Shown piece after piece: positions 1 through 52,870 of a DNA stretch of 64,000 nt (position 1 is the stretch's first letter; each line of letters starts with the position of its first letter). Source of the stretch: Phoronis australis. Its lineage: Eukaryota > Animalia > Phoronida. Location: assembly GCA_002633005.1 (NCBI GenBank), contig NMRA01000872.1, forward strand, positions 1-64,000, read 5' to 3'. The notes under the pieces are model-generated. The model did no database searches. It was not told the DNA's origin and worked only from the letters and a program-made list of their open reading frames with translations. The translations under genes were made by a program, and so were the position numbers.

Positions 1-829
1 ACAACAATGGCGTTACAACGCCACGGCAACAAATATGTAAATAACTTTTTATAGCGACGTACAATTCACTTAATATTAAGAATATAGCAATAATAATTAT
101 AAACATGAATTTAGAGCATGTTGTTGTTCAGATTTGTTGAGACCTTGCAATTTACACTTTAAGAGCATCCTAACAATCTTTAAGCTAGGTATCACACTAT
201 TACGAAAGAGCTCTAGTGGAGGAGTTCACTAACTTTATTTCTGGAAAACCTCTTATGGGTTCCTTGCTGGGAGATATTTTGTAGCAATCGACATTAGATG
301 ATGTGAATACTACACATATTTCCCCCCCGAATGACACTGACTACTATCATTAGTCTTCGCCCGACGCCGGTCAGATGTCTTAGACCAATGATTTTAAGAA
401 TCCGTCAAAGTCAATGAAGTTCAGCGAATATGTGTTGGTGTTGACGGTACACATTCTTCCTCTTGACAGAGTCTTCCGAAAATGTTGTAATAAAAACCAG
501 GCGTGCACTTTGCCGACACGAGAATCTTCCAAAGGCGCTAGACAAAGCAGAAATTCCCAACTTATCGCCATTTGCTGCAAGCAAAGTTCTGGATCGTCCT
601 AGCTCCATTGGTGAGATTCTTGTGTTTGCCAATATTTCCTCCTCGCTGTACTACTGAATCGGAAACATTTTGAACCAACGCAATTATCTGCGAAATATAT
701 CAGATTCTGTCATACTATTTCACTGAGAAAGAGGCCTGCAAATCCGCACAACCATGTACCTGGAGCGGTAGCACATGTACATTGTAGGTGTTGAAATAAG
801 CATTAAAATTCAACGTGACTCAAACTTAC

Positions 830-28877
<28,048 letters not shown>

Positions 28878-29759
28878 CACGTCGAATTTCCTCCTTCTGA
28901 GTGTTTACTTGCAGCAAATAGAATAAATTTTTCAATTTGATAAATCAAAGCAGGTATTTCCTTGTCGGCCTGGGAAGAGTTCGTGGATGGTTGATCTACT
29001 CACGTATCTCGCCAGCCACAACTAAGCTGGCCTTCATTCCTTTACACAATTCGGAACTCTAGAACGTTTGATGCTTCAGGAATAATTTGGGTATTTTTGT
29101 TTCCCCATATCTTCCCTTGGAGTTAACTGCGTATGAAAGTGACGAGTGTCCCGGTTGTTCACTGCATTAAGTCATTTAAAGTTGTGCAGTTTAGCTGTCA
29201 TCGTTGAATTCTTAACCGAAGCGCTTTGGGATTTGATCTTGAAAACATTATCAAACACTTCGGATCCGGAATCGTTGCCACGTCAGCCGAAAAATCAAGT
29301 CAATGGCATTAGGTACAATGTACATGTGTCATTTTCGAATTTACAATTCTAGTTTTAGCTTACATGAGTAGCGTGCAGAAGGGGGGACGACGGGGTTACG
29401 GCCCTGGGCATCCACATCGCGGGCCCGGACCTCTGACATAGAAAGTAGTTACACAGCCGAGGTGAGTCAATAAAGGTATGTCGAATCATTGCAATGTTTC
29501 TCGTTCAGTGTGGGGTATAAATAAATTATTACATGTTTTCAGTCGTTATCTCCCTTATCTACAGCCCTCGTGGATTTTGTAGAATTATCGTCCTCAGGGC
29601 AAACGTCCCTCGAGCGATAATGGGACGGTCGAGTGCCTCTAGCGGCAAAATTTGTCGCTGTGCATTTGTTGCGACATTTAGCGAGACCACCATTTTACGC
29701 TGTTTACAGCGTCGTGTTTTGTAATATATCTGCGTAAATAAGAATGCTTGCATGATGTC

Positions 29760-30040
29760 ATGTGCCTTTAGGCCACAAAGCTATAGGCCTGCACGAGTTT
29801 CCTAAGGATAAAGACCTCGGTAAGAATTGGATCGTCGCTGTCAAGCGAGTTGAATCGACTTTGGGAACCGCGACCGAACGATGCTGTGACTTGAGTGTCA
29901 TGAACACTACAGAAGCGAGGATTACCAGCCAGCGGAAAATTTGTTGCGCAACTAATTACTGAGGCGAAAAACAAAACTGCAGTTAATATTTTGATTATGA
30001 TACATCCTTACCCGTTGCGGTCTCGATCAATGTTTGAACT
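29760..30040 (+). pseudogene. THAP domain of the ISL2EU transposase
   Basis: LHEFPKDKDLGKNWIVAVKR, frameshift, WEPRPNDAV..CHEHYRSEDY, matching THAP FP..W..C..H. Confidence 0.75.
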
Positions 30041-30956
30041 CTTCCCGTCATCTCCAAAGGCCAGGCATGGAAGACTGCAAGTGATGACATATTTTAACCG
30101 ATGTGAGACGATTCTACGTCGGAATCTATTTGGCAAATTTTGAGCGGAATGTAGTAGCTTCAAAAACAAAACGCTTTTGTTTTATGTTGTTGTTTTCTTC
30201 ATTATGTTTTATTTACTTCGGCAGTTAAGACATCTTTGAACAAATGACGCAATAGTATCTTGCTTGTGACACTGTGCCACGGTGACTGTGGACTGTACAT
30301 GTATAGACTGTAGACCAGAAAATGCCAGCTCCTCAGTCAGTAACTAATAATGTTTTATCCAAGTTTTAAAATTATTGATGATTTTAATGTGCCAATTTTA
30401 AATTTGAGAATCGTTACGACATGGTCAATTGTTTAAACCTCTTTCATTTCATAATTATTCCAAGGATCTAAACATTTGCAGAAAAATATTGAAGAACGCT
30501 GAGGCAATAGCCTCTCATTCTCTTTGGTAACTGAGCACTTCTGGTCCTTACCACAAGCTTAATATTTAAACCTTGGTAAATACGTTACATTTTATGCATT
30601 TTGACCAAATAGTGAACATGTGTACTTAATTTCTTACCTCAAGAACATGAATGAAGCCTAGTGTAGTCCCAACATTCAAAAAACTTTCAGCCGTTGATTC
30701 GACCAGACGTTAGCGTGATGATCGTATTGCAAAGTTTAGTTTTTTTAAATAAACCATTTGTAATTTTTCATAAGCATTTTGAAGAATTTAACAACAGTTG
30801 TCGTGGTTCATAATTATAAACACTTGCATCATAACAGTGCCTATTGGCTTAAATTATACAATGTGTGGTTGTTAGACTTGATAGATGTAACAATGAGCAA
30901 AGTTGAAAGTCATGGATCTAAAATATAGTTTCAGTGTTCTTACATTTTTGTACTTT

Positions 30957-31830
30957 CTATTTTATTTTATTTTATTATTATTGTGATGTTTAAAATGAGG
31001 GTGGCCTCTTCAGTGATAGCACTGCTTTCCAAGAGGGCCCTCAACAAGAAAAACAGTAATATAATACAATGAAGTAATAAAACAACAATGAAATATACGT
31101 AACAAAGATACAATTAAAACAGTTAAGGTTGAGAATTAAGACAATAATTAAATGACAAATAATGGTAAAAAAATTAACTAAGACAGATGAAATAAATTAA
31201 GAGATGACTCTAGACAATGAGAGTATTTACGACAATGAAAAAATGACATGATTAATATAGGCAGGGTATAAAAGGTTAAGTAAATTACAGCCACTTTTTA
31301 ACATTAACTTTAAAGGTATTAATCGAGTTGGACCGTTTAATTTCTGGGCTAAAAGAATTCCATATTATAGCAGCTGCATAGATAAAATATCTCTTGCCAG
31401 TCTCGGTTTTAATTTTTTTAGAAGAAACATTGCCAGCAACAGAAGAACGTGTAGAATAAACAGCCTGACTGCTATTGAATTTACTGCTGAGATATGCTGG
31501 AGCCAAGCCATTGATACATCTGTATANGACTCTAGTTTCTGCAATAGGATACCATGGTCCACAGTGTCAAAGGCTTTCTTAAGGTCAACAAAGACAGCAC
31601 CAGTTAGCTTCCCCTGATCCATATTATTAAAGATAAACTCAGTAGCATGGATATTTGTAGTAAGAATGGAATGCAAGGGGCGGAAACCAGACTGTGCTGC
31701 CGAGAGAAGGGAATTTTGCTCCAGGAACTGGTGAAGCTGCTTTTGAACACACCTTTCAAGAATTTTGGACACTGCAGGGAGGACCGATATTGGTCTATAA
31801 TTTTCGCAACTTGACTTTTCACCATCTTTC
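30957..31830 (-). mobile_element. 5'-truncated L2/Crack-type LINE with 3' stem-loop and (AAAAT/AAT)n tail; RT core lost at assembly gap N31527
   Basis: ENYRPISVLPAVSKILER..QSGFRPLHS..GAVFVDLKKAFDTVDHGILLQKL, N, then YRCINGLAPAYL..IIWNSF..FKVNVKKWL* (stop 31285). Hairpin at 30996-31043. Confidence 0.9.
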
Positions 31831-31859
31831 TAGTGATAACATACAGGTTTTTTTCAAAA

Positions 31860-32340
31860 CTTGAGTTACCGAGTCGCTGCCTTAATTTTTCAGATTTTAG
31901 AAAAAAAACACTGTTTTTTATTTCCACTGCCCATATTTTCGAGATTATGGAGAGAAAAACAAAAAATGACTAAAATCCATAAGAGCAAACAAAACACATT
32001 ATGGTGGCACTCAGTTGCAAACATGTTACGACCCCTAGTTCTTTGCGACTGGGAAAAGGTAATTTCATTTCTACCAATCTGTCCTGCATTTGGTGGTTGA
32101 GTTAGTGATTGCTGAAAATTATTGAGCAAAGTGAGTTGGTAGAAAACCAGGAGTTGTTTGGCAGACAGAGGTATAATTGTACAGGACCTTTTTGCATCAC
32201 GAAGTACATTGTATAAGGGTAACCACGACGGGGAAAATCCAATGAAATAGTCAAACTGTTGTGAAAGACAGACATATTGCATCTAAGCAAATTCATGTAG
32301 AGCGTGCTGTAGGCTATGGCAATTCCTTTTGATTTCTGAG
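31860..32340 (+). pseudogene. DDE catalytic region (DDE_Tnp_4-like) of the ISL2EU transposase
   Basis: VISFL..PAFGG*VSD, LADRGIIVQDLFAS, VVKDRHIASKQIHVERAVGY; stops and frameshifts present. Confidence 0.85.
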
Positions 32341-33039
32341 AAAGAAACTGCTGCGGATCAAATCCATCTAGCCGGTGAAATTATTTACGCTGTTTTCATT
32401 TCTAATAAAAGGTAAAACATCATTGGAAAAGATGCTTGAACTGTATTCGATGCTTTCAAAAACTGGCAACAAGTAAGCATTTTCGAGCCAATTAGTCAAT
32501 AAGTTATCTTTTACCTTGTCGAAAATGCTGGGAAGTCATGTAAAATATGTTGATATTTGTAAACAGTGAAGCATTCTCAAAGTAGCAACAGTTTGTCAAG
32601 TTGAAGTGTGTATAAATTTTAATCGTCAAGAGCGGTACAGACAATTAATAGTCAAAGTCCCATTGATGTGCAAAGTTCTCTAAATGTATCACAAAAAACC
32701 TCTTTTGAATTTAAATTTCTCGCCGTTATTTTTGAAGTCCCAAGTTATATCAACCCCCACAATGTCTGTTTTCAACAAATCAAACCTTGAGGAAATGCAG
32801 GTTCAACATCACCGAGTGAGCTGCAAACGAATGTTTGTGCAGAAAGAAGTTAATTGTGTTTATTGTAACCCTGAATGATACCACCTTGTGACCAACATTT
32901 GCGATACAGATTCATGTAAATAGTCTGAAACGTTTGTTACGTTGTTGTTTAAAAATCGTGTCCATTGTTGTTGCCATAACAAAAATAAATGAAGTGTCAA
33001 GAATACTTTCTGAATTAAGAACATTGCCAAACCAAACAA

Positions 33040-33440
33040 TCACAGGGTAGAAGCCGTGTATTTCAGAATGAGCTTCTGATAACACACTTCCGACTTCGGA
33101 AACAGACTCAGCGCAGCAAATTCCTTATATGGTACATCAGTTGTAACCAAGTCGAAAAACATTACGCAATAAACGTGTATGACTTCCTTCCAGTCAGATG
33201 CATCTGACCGTGCACTTGGGCCTAATACTTGTGACACGTTATTAACTGTCCATTATCTTTGGTGAGGAACAGGAAGACTTTTCCTGGCGCTACTTTCATA
33301 TTGTGTCCCGACCGGTGAAGGGGCATTTAACCTCAAATATATGTCCTTTCCGATCAACCGATCTGGTGAGGCCGCCAAATATGAGCACTTCGGTTAAAAG
33401 AGCAGACCACATTTCTGCACTGGGCCAATTGTTAACAGTT
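33040..33440 (-). pseudogene. YqaJ-like (lambda-exonuclease / PD-(D/E)XK) nuclease remnant
   Basis: VQKCGLLF*PKCSYLAASPDRLIGKD / IFEVKCPFTGRD / HKY*AQVHGQMHLTGRK. Confidence 0.85.
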
Positions 33441-33557
33441 GCTTGCTCAGGCTGAACACTCAGCACGTTCCCGAAGTTGTTATTTCTATCTTACACGTTT
33501 AACCTAAAGCAGGACTTTTAAACATTAAACAACTTTGTTTAGAGTGGCATATTCTCC

Positions 33558-33616
<59 letters not shown>

Positions 33617-33617
33617 T
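33558..33617. repeat. (TA)n(CA)n microsatellite
   Basis: Directly visible. Confidence 0.95.
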
Positions 33618-36044
33618 ATTTCATTGAAGACACGACTTTGGTCTGTTTTTACTAGTTTAATTTCAGTTCTTTCAAACTCTCTCAATAGATATCTTTTCTT
33701 TACATCTCAACAATGCAATAAAAATCCAAACAGTAGGTAACATAATTTAAAAAGCAAGAGTTCGAGACATATTTCTCATCTTCAAGCTATTATGGGGACT
33801 ACCAGATATAGATGTTGACGGTAAGGCATGAGAGTAAAATATTCGACGCTATGACTGTCCTTCCATTGGTTGTTGCTTGGAAGTAAAAAGCAAAATTGTT
33901 TTTTTTTCCTTAGCCAAATAGCACACTGATGGAACACATCATCTGTAATCACGAGCACCCCGTAAACTGGCCCGCTCAGCACCTTGAAAATTGCTTAAAA
34001 TGAAAAAATGACAAATTTTGTCAAATTTAGCGCTCCAGTGGATATTAATGGAAACTGCCTTGTAATTGTCAAGACTGTCTATGTAAACATCATCAAGATT
34101 TTTCCTTCCCGTTTGTTTAAAATGCTTTAAATTTATTAAAATACTGTACTTCAGCGAACCAAAATGACCCATTTGGGCCAAATCAATTATAATTCTGCTA
34201 TCACATAAAAAACTGGTCCAAACATTTGAAATAGGCATTTTGAACATGCACCAAGATGTATGAGCACATTGTCTGTAAGATCTGAGTCGGTGACCCTAGA
34301 GTAGACCTTTTCGTGTTCTGGAGGAATGACACTTACAAACTGAATGCAGCTCAAAAAGAGCAGTCTTCACAATGCTGAGCATATTAACCTCTCCCAAATT
34401 GTTATAGTCTCGTGAGCATTGCTCAGCTTCTTGTGCACCCTTTTGTTTTATAATTGAATTCTAGAAATCCAAGAATAAATTTAACAACATTTTTCAAGTT
34501 TAAAATTGTGTGGGGTCCACACGTAAGGTTCTATTTATACAATTACGGACTCAATGAAACTGAGCATGTCTATCCGGACATTTGATGGAACTCTGCTTGT
34601 AGTAAGTACACGTCTATCTTTTTGGTCCCTTGTTAGGGATAACTTGTGATTATTGTTAAACGACAATCTGAATCGCAATCGCTGTCACAACGAATTTCTT
34701 TGATGAATTTCAAAATGATGTAAGATATATCGTATATCTCACGTTATTACTGATATCCATTCTGATGAGACTTTACTCTTTGCTTTTCGCTTAGACAAAA
34801 ACGTCTCTAATTATTAATCACACTGTTAGTGTATCATCAGACCTTCATTTTTTCTACATAGCGATTTTTATTCCACTTGCATACGCTACGTAGTTTAGTC
34901 GTACCAGATATAATACCCGATGATTTCTGTGTTTCATATTCAGTGTTTGTGTGTGTTTTATGCATTAAATAGTGTATAATTTATAAAGATCGGGCTGTTG
35001 AATTCTGATATTGAACTCCTTGTTTCCAGTCGATGAACGAAGATTTTCCATGTCACATATAAACTGATGTCTCGCTGTCTACGACATGTGCAGGCAGCCT
35101 CGATGCTTTCTTGTTGTTGACGGGAATGTCTGTACCTCATGCCCGCCATCGATTTTGCCTTCTCAGCCTCAATTTCGAGAGTTCTCTGAAAGAGCGCCCA
35201 TCATAGACAAATTTTTAGTTACTAGCTTCATCCCAGACTCCCAAAAATGCGCTCACGCAAAGGAAAAATACCTAGTAGAATTGGCTAATATAAGTTCATA
35301 TGGTTGAAGATGGTCCTTCTGGGTTCATTTGGGGCTCAATCTTATTTGCACGTTGTAACTTTAGGATTTTTTTACTTACATACCTATTTCGAGTTTCAAG
35401 AACTATATTGTTCTTGAAACCGTATTTCAGAAAACCACCTCGCTTATTTTTGTGCATTCGCAATGAATTATCAATACGTCAACATCAACAACATCGAAAG
35501 TTCAATTACTGTTAATGGCCCGCATCAGTTTAACTTTCTCGTTAGTAATTAAGGGGTAATAAAACAGTCAATGAACGTTACCATTACTTGAGTGTCCTCA
35601 AGTACACCGCAGAGACGTGTTTTGAAAGTGTTGTTGGAATAATATTAATTTAATCGTATAGTTCTCTCTCACCATATAAACTTAACGCTTTGATTGTTCA
35701 AAATCCGCGCCCTGCCCGGAGTATATTTCACTTTATAAGACTGGATTACAACAAAGTTACATGCAGTATGAGTCATTGAAAAGCTGTTTGAACATTATAG
35801 CATAATTAAAACAGTGTTAAAAAATTTACTGACCTGTGTTGCTTTCGTATCTGCTTTTGGTGTACACAGCCATGCAATTCCCGGTCTTATTGACTCTTTC
35901 GTCAGACCTAAGTACATTTATTACGACTTTGGAGTCGTCCCAACTGTCATGTTCCCATCGTGACTATTGCCATGTTATTCTGGCAGGTATATTCCGTCGG
36001 TATTTTTAGCTTATTACATAGTCATTTTGCCTAACAGAAAATTT

Positions 36045-36126
36045 GATTGGGCCATCCAACTTATACCTTAAATGTGATTGGTTATTGATTTGCATAAAAT
36101 ATGTCCAGTAATGAACACCAGTCAGC
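36045..36126 (+). promoter_or_regulatory. Putative amylase core promoter
   Basis: Two inverted CCAAT boxes (GATTGG at 36045 and 36076), TATA-like CATAAAAT at 36093-36100, Inr-like CCAGTCAG about 25 bp further, ATG at 36134. Confidence 0.4.
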
Positions 36127-36133
36127 CTTAAAG

Positions 36134-47769
<11,636 letters not shown>

Positions 47770-50700
47770 TTTTCGGAAATTGGTATCCGTATCTCGATTA
47801 TTCTTAATGTCATCTCGAATAAATGATTACATGTTAACAGGAATTTACATTAGAAACAAAACCAGTTTCAGGGCGGTCTCGACCTTCTTTGACGTATTTC
47901 AAAACTGCTGTCGTAAAGAAATTTTTGATCAAGTACGCTGGTTTGAGGTTCTTTTATCTACCAGAGAAATTATTGCATTATTTAACACTTCAATGCCATG
48001 TAAACCTGGTTAAATTAACTGGACACATCGAGGAATAAAACTTTTGAGTTTCGCATTGTTTGGCTTCTGAAGTTCAATTACCAAATAAGCGTTTAGCAAC
48101 TTCTTGAACCGTGGTAGATAATTGACACGTGAGTACGGAGGATGGAAAAAAGACTCAGGAAACGTTTAATAGCGAATTAGAATGATATCTAGATAATGTG
48201 TATTTCCTGTCCGGTCCACAAAAGTTGCTAATGTAGCTATTTGAGATAAACATCACACAGTACATGGCTGCGGAAAATTCTTTATGGCAGCTATATACCC
48301 GCGTTCCATCAAGGCGACAAAATTTGAGCTTTAAAGAAACTGATCTCCTTTTTATGATATAGAGGAGGAGAACTGTAACCCCAAAGGGACGTGAAAAGGA
48401 AAATATTTTACGACATACGCAGTCGTGGGAATGATTCGGCAACTAGACCCCAGTCACGAGTTTTCGATTTCTTTCATGCCACTCAAGGGCTCGTAGAAAA
48501 GTGAGTTTTGGTAGAGGAACAATTTATATTTCACGACTGCTTGGATTGGATTGTTCGGCTCCCTGACACTAGCTAACTTTTAGAGCTTGGTCTCAACCTA
48601 TTCGAGCTATCAGTTATTCCTAATCCCTCCTTCAATTGGACTACGAAACATTATGAGATCATTTCCGAGTCGCGAAAAGGTCAGAAGTTGGTTTCAGTTA
48701 GTGAAATGCTGTTGGAATCAATTTTGAATACACTAATGTTATGTCGATATGAATAAATTGTTTGTTCTTGTAAACCATTAATGTAAAAATCAGTAGCGAA
48801 TGTTAGCATCTCTACATGCACGGGTTTCTTTATGTGCTTCCAAAAATCATCGTATTTTTGTCCCCGACAAGCTGGGTTAGCTTCCCAACTTAAAACACCG
48901 GAAATTTTGTACTGGTTCCTTAGAACTACACTGTGCAAAAGGTTCTGTAATGCGTCTATGCTCATTTCGAAACACAGACTTGATTTCAAACTTACTTAAT
49001 TTACATAATGGGGAGGCGAAAACTTTTTAAGAAAAACTTACACGCAAGTCCTGAAACCGCATGCTGATGTTTTCTGTTGATATCCGCTGAGGGGCCAGGC
49101 CTCCCCTTAGTCAAGCTACATATTTGGTTTTAAAAGCTAATTTCAAACCCTCTCTGAATAGTCTAAATTTCAATAAATCCATCATATTTCAAAAATACCT
49201 TGTAGCCTTTCACAATCGTTGTTTCCAAGGGACTGATATTTACCTGGTCTGCTGGTGCACTATAATAAAAATATTCAACAGTTGAGCAATTGGTAATACG
49301 GTAAGTTTTAATGACAACACCATGCGTCAAGTTGTTGGTGCATCAATCACGCTCTGTTTAGGTGTTCAATCAAGTGGTCGTGTGTTTTGTAAAGCAAAGT
49401 AATAGTTTCCCTGATTGTCATTGAAAAGTTTGACCTCTGAATCAGTTGATGAAGGCAATTAAGTCAAACGATTCGGACAAGCTGAACACGTCCGAGTAAT
49501 ATGCAAAGATCGCCTCGACTCCTGAACAGGTTTCCCACTTCTGCACGTTACTGTACTAGGGATTGCTAAAAGGTCCAAAAATTTCGTATCCATCATCCTT
49601 GTTCAAGTAGATTTGCAAGCCTGGTTAGCGACGTCTTGCGACCAAACTCCTATTCAACGCGTTGACTATTCGTCATGTTCTATTGTATACATGTATGGTT
49701 ATTGTCAGCACGTAGCGTCACATTACTCAGCACAGTCGAAACAAGGCCAGGGTGGAGCACATCTTAGAAATTGACCTTGCACGCATGTACATTTTTTCTT
49801 CTGCAATTGAATTTTGATATTTGAGAGGACGCCGCTTTGATTTTATGAATTGCTTATAAATCGTCTTGAATAAGCAATTCTGCGCTTTCAATAAGAGCAG
49901 AAAGTTGATCTTTTAAGATCTACCCCACCGCGTGGAATAAATTAAACTAGGTGTAAATTAAGCAAAATGGCGCATTGAATAAGCACATTTCGACGCTCAG
50001 AAAGGTATTGGTTTCAGAACCTTTTGACGCTTCCTACTTACAGTGGCGTACACGTCTTTGTATATTTACGAAAATTCCAAAGTCAACTACGTATTTGTGT
50101 TCGTGTAACTAGCTACAAGTACGTGTACAGGAACATACACGTACATGTTTTTAAGCCGCAATTAGTAGTGTCATACATGTACATATACATGTAGATCTAA
50201 CGTAGGCTTACGTCTTGAAGGATGTTGAAACCGCTCCTCTTCTGCTGTCGCGGCACTTTTCACGATCAGGCGCTGCTATTTCTTCGGCAAGGAATGTTTG
50301 TTTTCACAATTCAAAAGGATCAGATTTGCCAACATACAGGCAATAGAGTAAGCAGGCAACTAACTCCATTTTAATTTTGACCTGGGGTATGTTCTGTCAC
50401 TTCCGTCTTTTGTCTAGTATTGTTTCAACTGTTGGGGGAGGGAGTCTGATTATGTACTGCGAAGATCTATGTTATCACAAGTGCACCAAACCATGCCAGT
50501 GGAGATATTAGATTGTCAAGTATCAAAGTTCTATCGTGGAACCTGTTAGCAGCGAGCTTGAGAGGCTTCGAAATGCTTGAACATTTGGTGTAGGAATATT
50601 GGTCCTAAGGAATGTCGGCACCGGATTTACACAAAGGGTAATATTAGTCATGCGAAAGACCGTAAATATTCTAATATCGTAGGAAAGTCAAACATGTAGA

Positions 50701-51647
50701 ATTAAAAAAGTATAATGTGTGTGTCGTCAAATGGGTTTACTATCTACATTTGATTGAGAAATGTTTATAAATTTAGTCACAAAAATCACAGTTGAGAAAG
50801 CAAATCTATGTAACCCACTTCAGTTTAAATTTAAAAACAAACATTTTGTGTTGTAAATGGCCTTCAAAAACACTGGAAAGCTGAAGGTTTCCCCGAGTTT
50901 CAAACTGGCATCATGTAATGTGTAAATAAGTACTGCTTTGGACACCTCAATTTTGAGCTGGTGTTGGGATTAAAGAGGCAATGTGCAGCGCCACCTCTTA
51001 CCACAATGTTGTAGTAAAAATTGATGCTTTTCAACATAACAATGTATAACTTAAAAGCCTAGGTGTTGTTTAAAAGCAAATACTTGAGAATGGGATTAGC
51101 CATACACAAAAATGAATTTGCTTAAACCCTCACATGATCATGGAATGATGAGACAGGAACCACGGCACACGGCCTATTGATATTGAAAGGCTTCCAGACT
51201 TTTCACTTTCACAAGTGATTAAACCGTTTCCTCAAACTGGAGATTGGTAACACCGACGGTGGGAGGGAGTTCATTTATTCACAGATGTGCACATGCATTG
51301 TTGTCGTTTTCAAGCATCAGGTACCTTAGTCTTTCGAGAAAATAGTGCATGACGTCACGGGGTGATGGTGAGTGCCACCCATGGTCTGCTGTGTATGAGG
51401 GGTCCAGCTGTAACTGACCACATTTTCTATCCATCCACTGGTTGACATGCACTGCACTTTTGTTGATGTAAATAGTCTGTTTCAATTGTTTTGCTGCGTT
51501 GTTTATTGGTAACAATAGCAAGCAGGCTGGACATATCTGCGATTTGCAAGCCGTGGTGCATTTTGCCATTTTTTATGAAAGCCACATGTGAACATTCCTG
51601 CACAGACCCTAGACCCAAACCACGTCATGACCGACTCTGATTCAGTG

Positions 51648-52870
51648 GTAGGCGCCTCATTAGGGATCGTTGTCAATGTTTTGAAGGTTTGCAAAAACAA
51701 GCACATTGATGGCTACTGTGGGAATCCGCCATATCCAGAGAGGGTCAAATTTAAGGGCGAACGCAGTTTCGGCACGACCCACCCAGCCGTCTAGGAGCTG
51801 ACTATTAAGGTGCGTTTTCGTCTGCATATCTTGTTTTCTTTCGGTACATGCTGCTTTACAATAATCTGCATTCCGTCGTATTGACATGACATCATTTTGT
51901 CGTATTGGGAAACCAGGAGAGTGTTCGGCAGATGTTCGGCTAGTTTCATACCAGAAAAGTACATGTAAGATGTCGCCAGAGCAAAATCACTCTTATTTTC
52001 CCCCAGTATGATTGGGAGTCTACCTGCCTATCCTAGAAAAATGAAGACACTGAAGTTAGGCAAGATTAGTGTGCTGAATTGCACGGCTGTTTTCACTATT
52101 TCCGTTCGACTCAAATGCAGCTGATATCTTGCGGTTTCTGGTACAGAGCCTAGAATTTTAGGAGCAGAACAGTTGGGAAATAGAATATTCGCATGTTTAT
52201 TAGTTACACGGTAGACTCAAAATAACAATGGTAATGTTGCGCGGATTTGAATCGGGCGNGTAGGCGCCTCATTAGGTATCGCAGTCAATGTTTTGAAGGT
52301 TTGCAAAAACAAGCACATTGATGGCTACTGTGGGAATCCGCCATATCCAGAGAGGGTCAAATTTAAGGGCAAACGGAGTTTCGGCACGACCCACCCAGCC
52401 GTCTAGGAGCTGACTATTAAGGTGCGTTTTCGTCTGCATATCTTGTTTTCTTTCGGTACATGCTGCTTTACAATAATCTGCATTCCGTCGTATTAACATG
52501 ACAACATTTTGTCGTGTTGGGAAACCAGGAGAGTGTTCGGCAGATGTTCGGCTAGTTTCATACCAGAAAAGTACATGTAAGATGTTGCCAGAGCAAAATC
52601 ACTCTTATTTTCCCCCAGTATGATTGGGAGTCTACCTGCCTATCCTAGAAAAATGAAGACACTGAAGTTAGGCAAGATTAGTGTGCTGAATTGCACGGCT
52701 GTTTTCACTATTTCCGTTCGACTCAAATGCAGCTGATATCTTGCGGTTTCTGGTACAGAGCCTAGAATTTTAGGAGCAGAACAGTTGGGAAATAGAATAT
52801 TCGCATGTTTATTAGTTACACGGTAGACTCAAAATAACAATGGTAATGTTGCGCGGATTTGAATCGGGCG
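51648..52870. repeat. 611-bp near-identical tandem duplication separated by N52259 (probable assembly overlap of two haplotypes)
   Basis: 51648-52258 versus 52260-52870; about 9 substitutions, no indels seen. Confidence 0.92.

Larger units (their letters stand above)
29750..33450. mobile_element. ISL2EU-type (PIF/Harbinger-related) DNA transposon remnant, possibly extending to ~35150
   Basis: Plus-strand THAP and DDE transposase remnants converge on a minus-strand YqaJ exonuclease remnant, the two-gene layout established for ISL2EU. Interrupted by an L2 LINE. TIRs not identified. Confidence 0.8.

Noticed and set aside
48700-49110. hAT transposase C-terminal remnant (FLRTTL..)
   Set aside because: Only one weak motif, not enough to support a call.
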